Assembly: GCF_004010195.1 (NCBI RefSeq)
Contig: NC_057752.1
Location: 5,837,904 to 5,901,903, forward strand
Reading direction: 5' to 3'
DNA length: 64,000 nt
From: Chiloscyllium plagiosum
Taxonomy: Eukaryota
The translations under genes and the position numbers were made by a program. Below the pieces are notes generated by a model. The model saw only the letters and a list, made by a program, of their open reading frames with translations, searched no databases and was not told the origin of the DNA. Positions 48,960 through 62,276 of this stretch are shown one piece after another (positions within the stretch are counted from its first letter, which is position 1; every line of letters starts with the position of its first letter).

Positions 48960-51877
48960 AGAGCATTGGATCCCTTAGACATCAAAGAGGTCATCTTTGT
49001 GTTGAACCTCAGGGAGAGATATTAAATGAATATTTCATGTCAGTTTTTACTGTGGAGTAAGAAATGGAGGCTACAGAACTCAGGGAAATAAATTTTGATG
49101 TTTTGAAACAATTCACATTACGGAGGAGGAAGTGCTGGAGGTGTTAGAAAATATAAAGGTGGATACATCTTCAGGAGCTGACCTAGTGTATTCCAGGTCA
49201 TTGTGGGAAGTTAGGAGAAATTGCTGGGCCTCTTGCAGAAATATTTGTATCATCTATAACCACGGGTGAGGTGCTGGCTGACTGGAGAGAGGCTAATGTG
49301 CCTTTGCTTAAGAAGGGATGGAAGGAGAAGCCTGGGAACTGTAGACCTGTGACTCTGACCTCAGTGGTGGGTAAGCTGTTGGAAGCGATTCTGAAAGATA
49401 GGAATTATATGCAATTGGAGAGGTAAGGAATGATTAGGGTTGGTCAGCATGGTTTTGTGTGAGGGAAACCGTGTCTCACAAACTTGATTAAGTTTTTTGA
49501 GGAACTAACCAAGAAGATTGATGAGGGCAGAGCAGTAGACATTGTTTACTTGGACTTTGACAAGGTTCCACATGCTAGACTAATTTGTAAAGTTAGATCC
49601 TATGGGATTCAGGGTGAGCTTGCCAATTGGATACAAAATTGACTTCACGGCAGGAGACAGACAGTGATAGTGGAGGGTTGTTTTTCAGACTGGAGGCCTG
49701 TGACCAGCGGTGTTCTATGGGGATCGATGCTGGGTCCACTTTTGTTTGTCATTGAGATAGACGATTTAGATGAGAATACAGTAGGCATGGTTAGTAAGTT
49801 TGGGGATGATACCTTAATTGGTGGTATAGCACAGACTATAAAGACAGATAGCAAAAGTTTCTATAAATATATAAAATGAAGAAGAGTGGCTGAAGTAAAT
49901 GTTGGTCCTTTAGAGGATGAGATGGGGCAGTTAGTTATGGGATATGATGAAATGGCTGAGGCACTGAACAGGTACTTTGCATTGGTCTTCAGTGAAGGAT
50001 ACTAATAACACGCCAGTAAGTGATGAAGAGACAAAGGTAGGTGAGGACCTGGAAACAATTATTATTACGGAAGAGCTAGTGTTGGTTAAGCTAATGGAGC
50101 TAAGGATAGATAAGTCTCCTGGTCCTGATGGAATGCATCCCAGGACTCTAAAAGAGATGGCGGGAGAAATAGCAGGTGGACTGGCGGTAATTTTCCAAAA
50201 TTCGCTGGACTCTGGGGCAGTCCCAGCAGATTGGAAAATAGAAAATGTGATGCCACTGTTTAAAATGGGGAATTATAGACCAGTGAGCTTAACCTCTGCA
50301 GTGGGGAAGATGCTGGAGTCTATTATCAAGGAAGAAATAGCAGGGCATCACGAAAGAAATTGTCCCATTGTACAGACGCAGCATGGGTTCATGAAGGGCA
50401 GGTCATGCTTCACAAATCTTTTGGAATTCTATGAAGACATTTCAAGCAAGGTGGACAACGGGGACCTAGTGGATGCGGTGTACCCGGATTTCCAAAAGGC
50501 CTTTGACAAGGTGCTGCACATGAGGCTAATGCATAAGATAAGGATGCATGGTTTTATGGATAGAGTATTAGCATGGATAGAGGATTTGGTTGACTGACTG
50601 GAAGCAAAGAGTGGGGATAAATGAGTGCTATTCTGGCTGGCAATCAGTGAATAGTGGTGTGCCTCAGGGATTGGTTTTGGGACCACAATTATTTATAATT
50701 TATATAGATGATTTGGCGTTGGGGACCATGTGTACGGTGTTAAAATTATCCGATGACACTAAGATGAGTGGCAAAGTGTGCAGGGGACTGTGAAACTTTG
50801 CAGAGGAACATAGATACATTGAGTGAGTGGGCAAAGGTCTGGCTGATAGAATACAGTGTTAATAAACGTGAAATCATACATTTTGGTAGGAATAACAGCA
50901 AAGTTGCTTATTACTTGAATGGTAAAAAGTTGCAGCATGCTACTGTGCAGAGGGACCTGGGTGTCCTTGTGTATGAATCGCAGCAGGTTGGTCTGCAGGT
51001 ACAACAAGTAATTAGGAAGGCAAATAGAATTTTGTCCTTCATTGCGACATGGGTTGAGTTTAAAAGCAGAGAGGTAAGATGCTGGTGAGGCCACACCTGG
51101 AGTACTGTGTGCAGATTTGGTCTCCTTACTTAAGAAAGGATGTACTGGCACTAGAGGGGGTGCAGAAGAGGTTCACTGGGTTGATTCCAGAGTTCAGGGG
51201 GTTGGCTTCTGAGGAGGGACTGAGTAGATTGGGATTATATTCATTGGAATTCAGAAGAATGAGGGGAGATCTTATAGAAACATACAGAATTATGAAGGAA
51301 ATCGATAAAATAGAACTGGATAGGATGTTTCCACTGGTAGGTAAAACTAGGAGAAGAGGGCATGGCCTCAAGATAAGAGGAAGCAGGTTTAGAACTGAAC
51401 CAAGAAGGAACTTCTTCACCCAGAGGGTTGTTAATCCAGGGAATTCCTTGCCCAGGGAAGTAGTTGACGCTACATCAACAATCGCTTTTAAAGCAAAGGT
51501 AGATAATTCCTTTATTTTTCAAAAAAGTAAGGGATATGTTGAAAACGCGGGCAAGTGGAGCTGAGTCCATGAAAAGATTAGCCATGATCCTATTGAGTGG
51601 CGGAGCAAGCTTGAAGGACCGGACGGCCTACTCCTGCTCCTAGTTCTTATGCTCTTATAGTGGGCAGTGAAGAAGCTTATTGAAGATTACAAAGAGATCT
51701 TGATCAATTGGGTCAATGGGCTGAAAAGTGGCAGACAGAGTTTAATTTGGATAATGTGAGGTATTGCATTTTGGTAAAACAATCAAGGGCACGAGTTATA
51801 CAATTAAAAGTATGGCCTTAGGTAGTGTTGGAGAACAGAGAGACTTAGGGGTTCAGGTACATCATTCTTTGAAGTTT
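48960..51877 (+). mobile_element. CR1 LINE (outer element), interrupted at 49830-51655
   Basis: RT motifs up to SKFGDDTLIGGI; continues as TGGGCAGTGAAGAAG after the inner element. Confidence 0.88.
49830..51655 (+). mobile_element. CR1 LINE of a different subfamily (nested)
   Basis: KSPGPDGMHP, NYRPVSLTS, DFQKAFDKV, SGVPQG, SDDTK; TTCTTATG tail; TATAG at 49825-49829 and 51656-51660. Confidence 0.92.
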
Positions 51878-52775
51878 AGAACATAGAACATAGAAAAGTA
51901 CAGCACAGAACAGGCCCTTCAGCCCACGATGTTGTGCCGATGATTAATCTTAATCTAAAATAAAATAACCTAACCTACGCACCCCTCAATTCACTGCTGT
52001 CCATGTGCATGTCCAGCAGTCACTTAAATGTCCTTAATGCTCTGCTTCCACCACCACAGCTGGCAACGCATTCCATGTGTTCACAACTCTCTGTGTAAAG
52101 AACCTACCTCTGATGTCTCCTCTATACCTTCCTCCTAACGCCTTAAAACTATGACCCCTCGTGCCAGTCAATCCTGCCCTGGGGAAAAGTCTCTGGCTAT
52201 CGAATCTATCCATGCCTCTCATTACCTTGTACACCTCGATCACCTCTCTTCCTCCTTCTCTCCAGCAAGAAAAATCCAAGCTTAGTCAACCTCTCTTCGT
52301 AAGACAAACCCTCCAGTCCAAGCAGCATCCTGGTAAACCTTCTTTGCACCTTTTCCAAAGCCTCCATATCTTTTCTATAATAGGTAAACCAGAATTGGAC
52401 ACAATATTCCAAGTTAGGTCTCACCAGGGTTTTGTAGAGCTGCAGCAAAACCTAGCGGCTCTTAAACCCAATTCCCCTGTTAATGAAAGCCAAAACACCA
52501 TATGCTTTCTTAACAACCCTATCCACTTGGGTGGCAACTTTGAGGGATCTATGCACTTGAACACCAAGATCCCACTGTCCACCACACTGCCAAGAATCCT
52601 GTCTTTAATCCTATGTTCAGCATTCAAGTTCAACCTTCCAAAATGTATCACTTTGCATTTATCCAGGTTGAACCCCACCTGCCATTTCTCAGCCCAGCTC
52701 TGCAGCCTGCCAATGTCGCGCTGCAGCCTGCAACAGTCCCCGATACTGTTTACAGCACCTCCAACCTTTGTGCTA
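51878..52775 (-). mobile_element. CR1 3' fragment, third subfamily
   Basis: QLYKTLVRPNLEYCVQFW; (TTCTATG)n tail. Confidence 0.92.
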
Positions 52776-54146
52776 TATAAATGCAAGGTTTTTTTAATAG
52801 TCCTGACACATGTACATACAATGTGTGTATACATTTATACACTCGCTGCATATACACACATGCATAGTACGTCTAACCTATGGTTTTGCAAAAATAAATA
52901 GACAATTCCTGCATCTTAAATCACATGGTATATTATTCTAGTTTGGATTTTACAGTGGAGATTCCTTTTCCTCCATTTGTCACAACTTGACTCTATCACA
53001 TAACTTTTACCCAAAAATGAGCTATGAGTTTTTTTTAATATTCAATTTATTATTGGATGTTTGGAAAAGATTAACTGCAAGAGTACATTGCATGAAAACA
53101 AGTGTTCTCAAACTGTTCAAACTTTAGTCCTAGACTCTTTCTTGATAATCAAACTACTTGGTGTGTGCTGGTTCCTATATACTATATTTACATCCTTGTA
53201 TGTGCAAAGGCAGATAAACAAAACCCTCATTACACTTTCTCGAGTGCATAGGATTGAACCATTTCTCTGCACAGAGCTGTACTCCTTGCGTGTAAACAGG
53301 TATTACAAGATTACCAAGCGCACTACTTACTTCAGTCTCTGGTTGACTGCCCAAAATATTAAATCCCACTTAATTACTATCTCGCCCTTGGAAGATAATA
53401 GAGTCTTCTTATTTTATGTGAAATTGAGAGAGAGTTAAACATTCAAATATTTGACTTATGTATGGCTCACTTGCGTGCCTTGTGTCAAACATGGAGAGTT
53501 GCAGAATCCCAAGTTAGTGCAATGTTGGGGGAAACAATGGAGCTCACTGTCTTGAGTTGATGTCGGACAGTGGGGAGCAGCACTATATAACAGCCATTGG
53601 CAGACAGGTATGAGTGAGCAGCACCTTTTCCTTCAGGCTGCTAGTATTCATGCACTCGGCCTAACCCTGAGAGAGACTGTCGATGGCTTTAGGGAGACTG
53701 CCTCTGCTCCCAAAGAACAAAACGAAAATGGTTTGTTAAACATTAACAAGCAAGCAACTCTTGAAAACAGACAAGCTGCACAGCTCAATAAATCTGGGGT
53801 ATTTCAGATCTGCAACGCTGGTTCCTCCACTGCTGCTCTCCTTATTGTTAATGTTAATCTTGAACATTGTTCTGCACATGGCTGTTTACAGTGGTTGCCA
53901 ATCACACTCTGATGGTGTAATAACTTGTGAGGGCTTGAAACATGTGCTGTTCAGATTGTCAAATTTATGGGTTCCATATTCATTTGAATATAAACGTTGA
54001 TCATTGTGGAAAAGTTGGAACCTTTTGATCTTGCACTTATCAGGATAAATACAGGAATGCCATATTTCAAACAATCACAACAATTTATGCAGGAGAAAAG
54101 GGTGCTGATTGGTTTGTACGTTGGCCTATAGGGGACCCGATAGTTT

Positions 54147-54890
54147 CAGAGTCATAGAATCTTACAGCACAGAAACAGACCCTTCGATCCAACTTATCTG
54201 CGCCAACCAGACACCCCAATCTGACCTAGTCCCATTTGCCAGCATTTGACCCATATCCCTCCAAACCCTTCCTATTCATATACCCATCCAGATGCTTTTA
54301 AGTGTTGTAATTGTATCAGCCTCCACTACCTCCTCTGGCAACTTGTTCCATACATGCACCACCCTCTGTGTGAAAAAGTTACCCCTCAGGTCCCTTTTAT
54401 GTCTTTCCCCTCTCACCTTAAACCAATCTCCTCTAATTTTGGACTCCCCCACCAAAGGAAAAAGCTCTTGTCTATTTACCCTAACCATGTGTCTCATGCT
54501 TTCATAAACCTCTTTCAGGTCACCCCTCAGCCTCTAGGGAAAACAGCCCTAGTGTATTCAGCTTCTCTCTATAGCTCAAACCCTCCAGTCCCAACAACAT
54601 CCTTGTAAATCCTATCTCCACTCTCTCAAGTTTAACAGCATCCTTCCTATAGAAAGGTGGCCAGAATTGTATGCTAAAAGTGGCCTCACCAATGTCCTTC
54701 ATAGCCTCAACATTATATCCCAACTCCTATAGCCAATGTTCTGACCAATGAAGGCAAGCATACCCAATGCCTTCTTCACCATCCTGTCTACCTGTGACTC
54801 TACTTTCAAAGAACTATATGCCTGCACCCCTCCTTTGTTCAGCAACACTCCCCAGGACTCAACCAGTAACTGTATAAGTCTCCAATGGCA
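54147..54890 (-). mobile_element. CR1 3' fragment
   Basis: RDLRGNFFTQRVVHVWNKLPEEVV. Confidence 0.9.
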
Positions 54891-55560
54891 ATATCTTGGG
54901 CCATCAAGAGTTAACGGCGTCATTGTAAACTGATCGAGTGACCAGTGAGCAGTTTAATATGAAACAAATATGGTTTCAGACTTATCATAATCTGCCTTGA
55001 AATTGCAAATTACTATTTTATATTTTCTCATACCAACTCAGTCATACCTTATTATATTAACAAAAGGCTGCTCTCATCTGTTCTTTCAGAAGTATTTCCA
55101 GTAACTTAACATTAAAGGCCTTGATCCAAATGACATCTCATTTTTGGGCCACTCTCAGGCAGCATTGCAACACCCTACATCATGTAATGCTGGGATGCAA
55201 CTATCAGTTTCATTCTGTCACAATTATCTTTTGCAGATTCCCCACAGGATGAGGGCAACAGTGCCAGGAAGCAGAGGTTTTTGTTTTAATTGCTGTCATT
55301 TTCATCGGGCTTTTTGCTCACTCTGTGGATGCTCAGAGAACCCTGTCACCAAGCAACATTCCCTTTTCACATTTTGCTGAAAGGCAAGAAATTACTGTGG
55401 GGAAGTCAAAAACAAGGAGGCATCAACTTAAATCAAAAGCAAGACAATTCAGGGGTGATGCTTATTAAACATGATATTTCTCACAGAAATAAAATCTAGA
55501 ACACCCTCCCTCAAAAGGTTGCTGGTACCAGGGCAGGAGAGTACAAGGAAACTTTAAAAC

Positions 55561-56515
55561 TGAGTCATAGAGATGTACAGCATGGAAACAAACCCTTTGG
55601 TCCAACCCATCCATGCCGACCAGATATCCCAACACAATCTAGTCCCACCTGCCAGCACCCGGCCCATATCCCTCCAAACCCTTCCTATTCATATACCCAT
55701 CCAAATGCCTTTTAAATGTTGCAATTGTACCAGCCTCCACCACTTCCTCTGGCAGCTCATTCCATACACGCACCACCCTCTGCGTGAAACAATTGCCCCT
55801 TAGGTGAATTGGCCATGCTAAATTGCCCGTAGTGTTAGGTGAAGGGGTAAATGTAGGAGTATGGGTCTGGCTGGTATACGCTTCGGTGGGTCGGTGTGGA
55901 CTTGTTGGGCCGAAGGGCCAACTGTAAGTAATCTAATCTAATCTAATCTTAGGTCCCTTTTATATCTTTCCCCTCTCACCTGAAACCTATGCCGTCTAGT
56001 TCTGGACTCCCCCAGTCCAGGGAAAAGACTTTGTCTATTTATCCTATCCATGCCCCTCATAGTTTTGTAACTCTCTAGAAGGTCACCCCTCAGCCTCTGA
56101 CACTCCAGGGAAAACAGCCCCAGCCTGTTCAGCCTCTCCCTANNNNNNNNNNNNNNNNNNNNNNNNNNNTCTACCTGCGACTCCACTTTCAAGGAGCTAT
56201 GAACCTGCACTCCAAGGTCTCTTTGTTCAGCAACACTCCCTAGGACCTTACCATTACGTGTATAAGTCCAGCTAAGATTTGCTTTCCCAAAATGCAGCAC
56301 CTCGCATTTATCTGAATTAAACTCCATCTGTCACTCCTCGGCCCATTGGCCCATCTGATCGAGATCCCATTGTAATCTGAGGTAACCTTCTTTGCTGTCC
56401 ACTACATCTCCAATTTTGGTGTACCTCTTATGCTCACATCCAAATCATTTGTATAATGATGGAAAGTAGTGGACCCAGCACCACTCCTTGTGGCACTCCA
56501 CTGGTTCAGGTGATC
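55561..56515 (-). mobile_element. CR1 (HER1-like) 3' part, with an inserted SINE and an N gap (56143-56169)
   Basis: KCEVLHFG, RLRGDL; CTCTATGACTC tail. Confidence 0.9.
55806..55947 (+). mobile_element. 5'-truncated HE1-like SINE
   Basis: (AATCT)n tail; CTTAGGT direct repeat at 55799-55805 and 55948-55954. Confidence 0.85.
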
Positions 56516-56569
56516 TGTGACTCCTACATCCTGGAGCACTCCCATGTACTTTGTGTTTGAGGGTCCAGG

Positions 56570-57440
56570 AGCATTGCAAGACAGTTGCAATGCTGTCCAT
56601 GCTGTGACACCATGGTTGTGGTGGAGCATGCAGGTGATGCTGAATATGCCATTCTGCAGTTTGGATGCTCGGGGGAGTTGGTGGGGGTGGGGGGCTTCAG
56701 TATAGACCAGACAGAGTATGTTGCATCATCTTGGTGTGCTGTGTTCCACATACTTGGAGCAGGCATCGAGGTGATGTGATTGACATTGCAAAACTGGAGC
56801 AGTCTTCTGAGGAGCAGGATGAGGACATTGGGGAGGAGGAATCTCTCCTCGTCCAGGACAGAGCTCAGCTGCATCAGGCACTGTAAGCCAGACAGGGCCC
56901 GATTGACACCCAGTTCCAGTAAAAGAGAGCTGGGTGCAGCAGTTCATCATGGAATGTAAAATAGTCATTAATCATAATGCCAACATTTGGTTTGCATTGT
57001 GGGAGTGGATGGAAGCCTGTATTGGTTTTGTTTGTGTTCTCTTTTTCTCCTGTAAATAAAAGCTTATGTTGGGAACTGTCTTGTCTGTGATGTTGCCTGT
57101 GTGTGATGTTCCCTTTCTTGACATCACAATATGCAGGTCTACAGTGAGCATAGGAAGCAGAGTAGTGGTCACTTAGACAGGGTGTTTAGATGGAATAAGG
57201 ACAGGTCAACTGTGTGGCCTGGTGGTTAAACAGGGATGTGGGTGAGAGCATGGGGTTGTACATGCGAGGGAGTGTTCATATACTGCGAGCAGCGTGGCTT
57301 TGTGGCTGCTGTGCCATCATGTTGCTGGTGAGGGGTAACACCAGATCACCAAAACTTGTCCAGGAGCTCAGTGGCCTTTTAAAGATGGCACATGCAAATG
57401 AGATGCCGTTCTTTCAGTGGATATCCAGTGAGTGGCAAGT
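56570..57440 (+). mobile_element. PIF/Harbinger remnant: DDE transposase (HARBI1-like) C-terminus and subterminal region
   Basis: N.VH..T..VVEHA..ML..PF..LD..G..LQYRPDRVCCIILVCCVPH followed by an acidic tail; 57376-57436 is reverse-homologous to 27760-27821. Confidence 0.7.
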
Positions 57441-57585
57441 TCTTCTTTATAAATAAGTGTTTTAAAAATTATTATCCTGTTTGAACACATTATCACACAT
57501 CTCCAGGGCAGGTGGAACTTGAAGGAATTTACTACCCCAGAGTGCAGTGGATGCCAGGACATTGAGTAAATTTAAGGAGGAACTA

Positions 57586-57672
57586 GTGAAGGGCTTTTGC
57601 CCGAAACATTGATTTTCCTGCTCCTCGGATACTGCCTGACCTGCTGTGCTTTTCCAGCACCACTCTAATCTC
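57586..57672 (+). mobile_element. PLE family A 3' terminus fragment
   Basis: TGAAGGGCTTTTGCCCGAAACATTG...CCAGCACCACTCTAATC. Confidence 0.8.
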
Positions 57673-59424
57673 AAGGGCTAAATTGCCTATTCCACTTCCT
57701 AATCAAAAAGGAGATAATGCACTCTCACCTCCAAATGTCTCCAAAAACTTTAAGGGATAGATATTTTCGATTGACCTGCTTGGAGATGTTATGACATACT
57801 TCTGGAGTAGCTGGGACTTAAACTTGGGCCTCCTGGCTCAGATAATGGGACACCACCACTGCACTATAAAAGCCCTAGGCTTCAAGAGATTTCACAATGC
57901 ATTAATTAATCAATCAACATCCATCGTCTGTTTCCCTCTAACCTTAACTACTTGTTACATGAACACTGAGGACTCTGTGATGATGCCACTTCTTGGGGTA
58001 GCCATCACAAAGGCCACTGCCGGAAGGTTTCTACAGTGAGGGGCTGGAGCTGAGGTAAACACCTCAGACTGTAGAATGTCTGACATCAAATTTAAATGTA
58101 TGTTGTAAATATAACCTGTAATGGCAAGTGTGGAACATACAATATTGAAGGAAGCGGATCTGTTTTGCACTTTCTATGATGTCAAATTTGAATGGAAATA
58201 TACATCTGCAAATTTAATGAATGTGGTGTTTTTTTTGGGGGGAAGAAAAAAGTGCCACTGCCCTACAGATAATCACTTCAATTACCTCAGCAGCTGTATC
58301 CTCATCCCTTCATTTCAAAATTTGGAGTGACTCTCACTGGAGCTGTCCTTCACAAACAATCATCAATTCTCTTTGTAGCTTTTTTTTCGACTTTACTGAT
58401 ACCACTTCCAACAGGCTTTTGAAGTTCACATTTAAAAGCGACAACTGCAATAGAAGTGTGAAGGTTGAAAGTAGGAATTGTCTTGGTGGAGGGGGAATTG
58501 TGGCAAATCGTTTATCCTCCGCGAGTTTAAAGCAAAATTTGGACCATCTTTTTCTTGTCGCAACTCATCATGATAAAGAGTTGCTTTTCAAATGAGCTGC
58601 ACCGCTCGACAAGATCGTGACCACTATCCTCGAAGTGCTAGCAGAGATGTAGGCGATCTCTAATTCCATTTCTGTTCCCCTAGCTGCTGAAGCCTATAAC
58701 AGGTGGAGGAGTTTCCTTCAGTTCTTTTTTAAACTCATGCTGCACACTGGATGGCCTTTTTGCCCATTGGCACCCATTTTGGAACTGGTCCAAATTCTTT
58801 ACATTGGTCAGCAGATTCTATAAACAATTGTAATGATCTTGATGCAGATTTCTAACTCTGCACAGTGATAGTCACAAGGTTTAACGTATGTACAAAGCAG
58901 GATATTGCTAAGAAAAGACAGGCTAACCTCTGCAATCGTCTTCAAGAATTGTTTATCCAAAAAAACACTTTAAAAATCCCGAAAATAATAGTCTCATATA
59001 TAAGTGGCAAGAAGATATTGGTTTCAATGTTTGTCCCTAGCTTACATTTTCTTGAGGGAAATGAGAAATAAAATAAAAGCATCATATGAACATGTTTCTT
59101 TGAGCAAGACAAAAAACTGAATGTTCAAGTTAACTGCTTTTCATTTCTGGGAATATTACTCTTGAGCTTTCGATCAATTTTGAGAAGACAATTTTGGAAA
59201 GTGATTTGCATTTGGCTCGAAAGTTATAATTGGCAGAGTGGACAGTATCATAACGGTGCATCAAGATAGATTCCAACTTGGTTGACTCTTGCCTGGGATT
59301 ATCATGCCTCCTGTTCAGCTGTTTGGTTTGATGTACCTTTTGAATGATTTATTTCACAAAACAAATTGTTTCTTGCTGTTTGTTCCAGGCACACAGTTCT
59401 GAACTGGATACTGTTAGGAATCAA

Positions 59425-59738
59425 TTAGATTAGATTTCCTACAGTGTGGAAACAGGCCCTTCAGCCCAACAAGCCCACACCGACCCCCCCGAAGAGTAAC
59501 CTACCCAGATCCATTTCCCTCTGACTAATGCACCTAACACTATGGGCAATTTGGCACAGCCAATTCACCTGCCCTGCACATCTTTAGACTGTGGGAGAAA
59601 ACCGGAGCACCCGGAGGAAACCCACGTAGACACGGGGAGAACGTGCGAACTCCACACAGACAGTTGCCAGAGGCTGGAATTGAACCTAGGACCCTAGTGC
59701 TGTGAGGCAGCAGTGCTAACCACTGAGTCACCGTGCCA
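59425..59738 (-). mobile_element. HE1-like V-SINE
   Basis: Full reverse copy. Confidence 0.92.
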
Positions 59739-62276
59739 TCCCTGAACACAAAAGCAATCTTTCTTTGGGTGTGGGTGAAATCTGGGTGATTGACTAAGGT
59801 CCATAACATAGGACTTGAAAAATAAACAAGACAGAGGACAGCATAAGTCAAGGGGAAATAGCCTTTCAGACGCAGTGAATGTCATGGTTGGCTTTAAAAG
59901 GGATATAGATGGTGGGAAATCAGGGTGTTTAGGAATATCATAATTCTGAGGTTCCAGGACAAAATGGGTTAGAGTGGGAGACAGTACAGTGAGCTCTTAG
60001 ATTAATTGAATTTACACAGAGCAGCCACTGAATACTGGTCAGTTGTTCAGTTAAGGGTATCTGATCTAATTTATTAATCAATGTTAAACTGTCTTTGTTT
60101 CAATTCTCTATTCTAATAATCCAAATGCACTCTAACATTTTTGTCCTTCTAATAATAAATCTATACTTACTTCCTCGTTGCTAAATTACCCATCAGTCAA
60201 AATAATTTTTCACTATTTCACCTCAAGGATTTCCATGTCTTCGATACCTCAAGACATTTTATCCTGCAACATCTCTGGTCCTGTGAAAATAAAGAGCACC
60301 AATCTTTCAAGCCTTTCCTCATTTTGGTGATCATTTGTCCCATGTATCATTCTGACACTGTTGACTTGTCACAATGAGGGCAAATTCACTGATGCCAACA
60401 TTCCCACCTGGGACCTGTACCAGGAGGTCAGAGGTGGTGCTCCAGCATTTTAGGACTAATTCATCAAGCCATTTTCCTGCTGAAATCCCTGCTGCAACTG
60501 GGATTGATAAACTCACTCTCCTGTTTAACAGTGAAAATGTAGGGAGGACAGCAAGCCGAATTTTTCAAGAGAAAGCTCTGTGCACTATCTCCCTACATCC
60601 TAAGGTGAAAACCCATGGCAGGATACCAGCCTAATCTTACAATTGAAATATCATTCAATCTGGCCTAATTGCCAGCCATGGGTGACATATCTATTGTCCT
60701 GGGGTACTGATGCCTTTACAGTTCATGCAATGTTTGACTGCCTGTGTCTGTATTTAACCTTTTGGCTTACATTTTTGTAGTTGACTTGATATTCAAGGGC
60801 CTCTTTAAAGAAAAAAATGTGCACAGAGTTTACTGCTGTTGAGGTGAGTCTGTTGGCCAGGGGAAAACCGTCTCCTAATCTCCAGTCTTGCTGAGACTTG
60901 CCCACATAGCACCAATGTCCTCCAGTTCTCTGATCTGAATCTAAGTTCAATAACCAGCTTTCATCTCTATTATCTATGGCTGTCAGATTTGAAATATCTA
61001 GATGATGTCATTGCACAATCTCTTTATCAGCAATGAAAACAAACTCAGTGCTCTGAATTTCTCTAACTACATTTCCTTGCAGTCTTTAGCCTCAACGCTC
61101 TGGTCCTGTGAAATGCTCTCAACCCCTTTAGCTTGCTCTTTTGTCCGTCTTTCCCTTGCAGTCATTCTGAGCTGCCAGCAGAACCCTGGGGTTAACTGTA
61201 GCTTGCTTTAATATAAAGGCATTTATTCTTGTCCTTTAACCAATTCATTTCCTTGTTTAAAACCACCACATTTCTACTTATCTCTTTATCCTGAGCAGGA
61301 TTGTTTCATTCTCTCTTGTTTACCAACAGCTTAGTTATTTGCCCTCTGCCTCTAGTTTAATTAAATCGCTGTTTCCATCTCAATTTTTGAGCCAACTGTA
61401 GGGCTCCCACTCTCTCTAAGTGCAAGTCTGTCTTCCTGTATAGGTTAACAAGCCCCAGAAAAAAAAAGCTCTGCATTGTCTACAAAGTCAATCTGCAAAG
61501 TTAGCTCCCTCCTACACACAGATACACATCCCCATGTCTGCCGCAAAGTGTTTCTGGACAATCTGTTGCATATTTACTGCTGGCCCACAACAAGCCTTCG
61601 CACAACCTTACAGCTGACCCTTGCATGCTGAGAGGCCACAGATTCCAGTTGCAACACACAGTTGGGAGTTGCAGCACAGTCACATCTTCAAAGGTTTTCG
61701 CTCACGAAAGCACTGTTACACAATCAAGCTGCACAATGTCTGGTTGCTTCATGAAATACAGCACAAACTGAAACTTCAGCTCAGCTCTGTCGCAGGGCAA
61801 GTGCTCCTTAAGCTTGCAACATGCCAGTAAATTGATAGGATTTTGTTGAGGTCACTCAAACAAAATGCATGCATAGCACGAAGATACAAATCAGTAATGA
61901 TTTAAGTGAATGGTAGAACAGGCTCAAAGAAATGATTCAACTACCCCAATTCATATGCTCTTCCAATGTGGACATTACTACTCTCAAAATAGCCCAGAAT
62001 ATTGCCTGATACCTGGGAACTGACCACATGACTCTAAAACAATGAGGCCTTCAAGTCAATTGAACAACAATTCAGTGGTTACCTCATTATGGTAACATCC
62101 ACTCCATGGTTTTGTCCAGAAACCATCAGGAAACTACTTAGAACTATAGAATGGTTAGACCACAGGAGGTGGTCATTTGGCCCATTGTGTCCATACTAAA
62201 AGCTACTCAGTTAGTCCCACTCCCCTGCCTTTCCCCTGTAGCCTTGCAAATTCCTTCAGATAACTATTCAATTGTG

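Noticed and set aside
52161..52901. 246-aa plus-strand ORF
   Set aside because: Antisense frame of a CR1 fragment
53637..53730. Possible 94-bp exon
   Set aside because: Weak donor, unrecognised peptide, no partner exons
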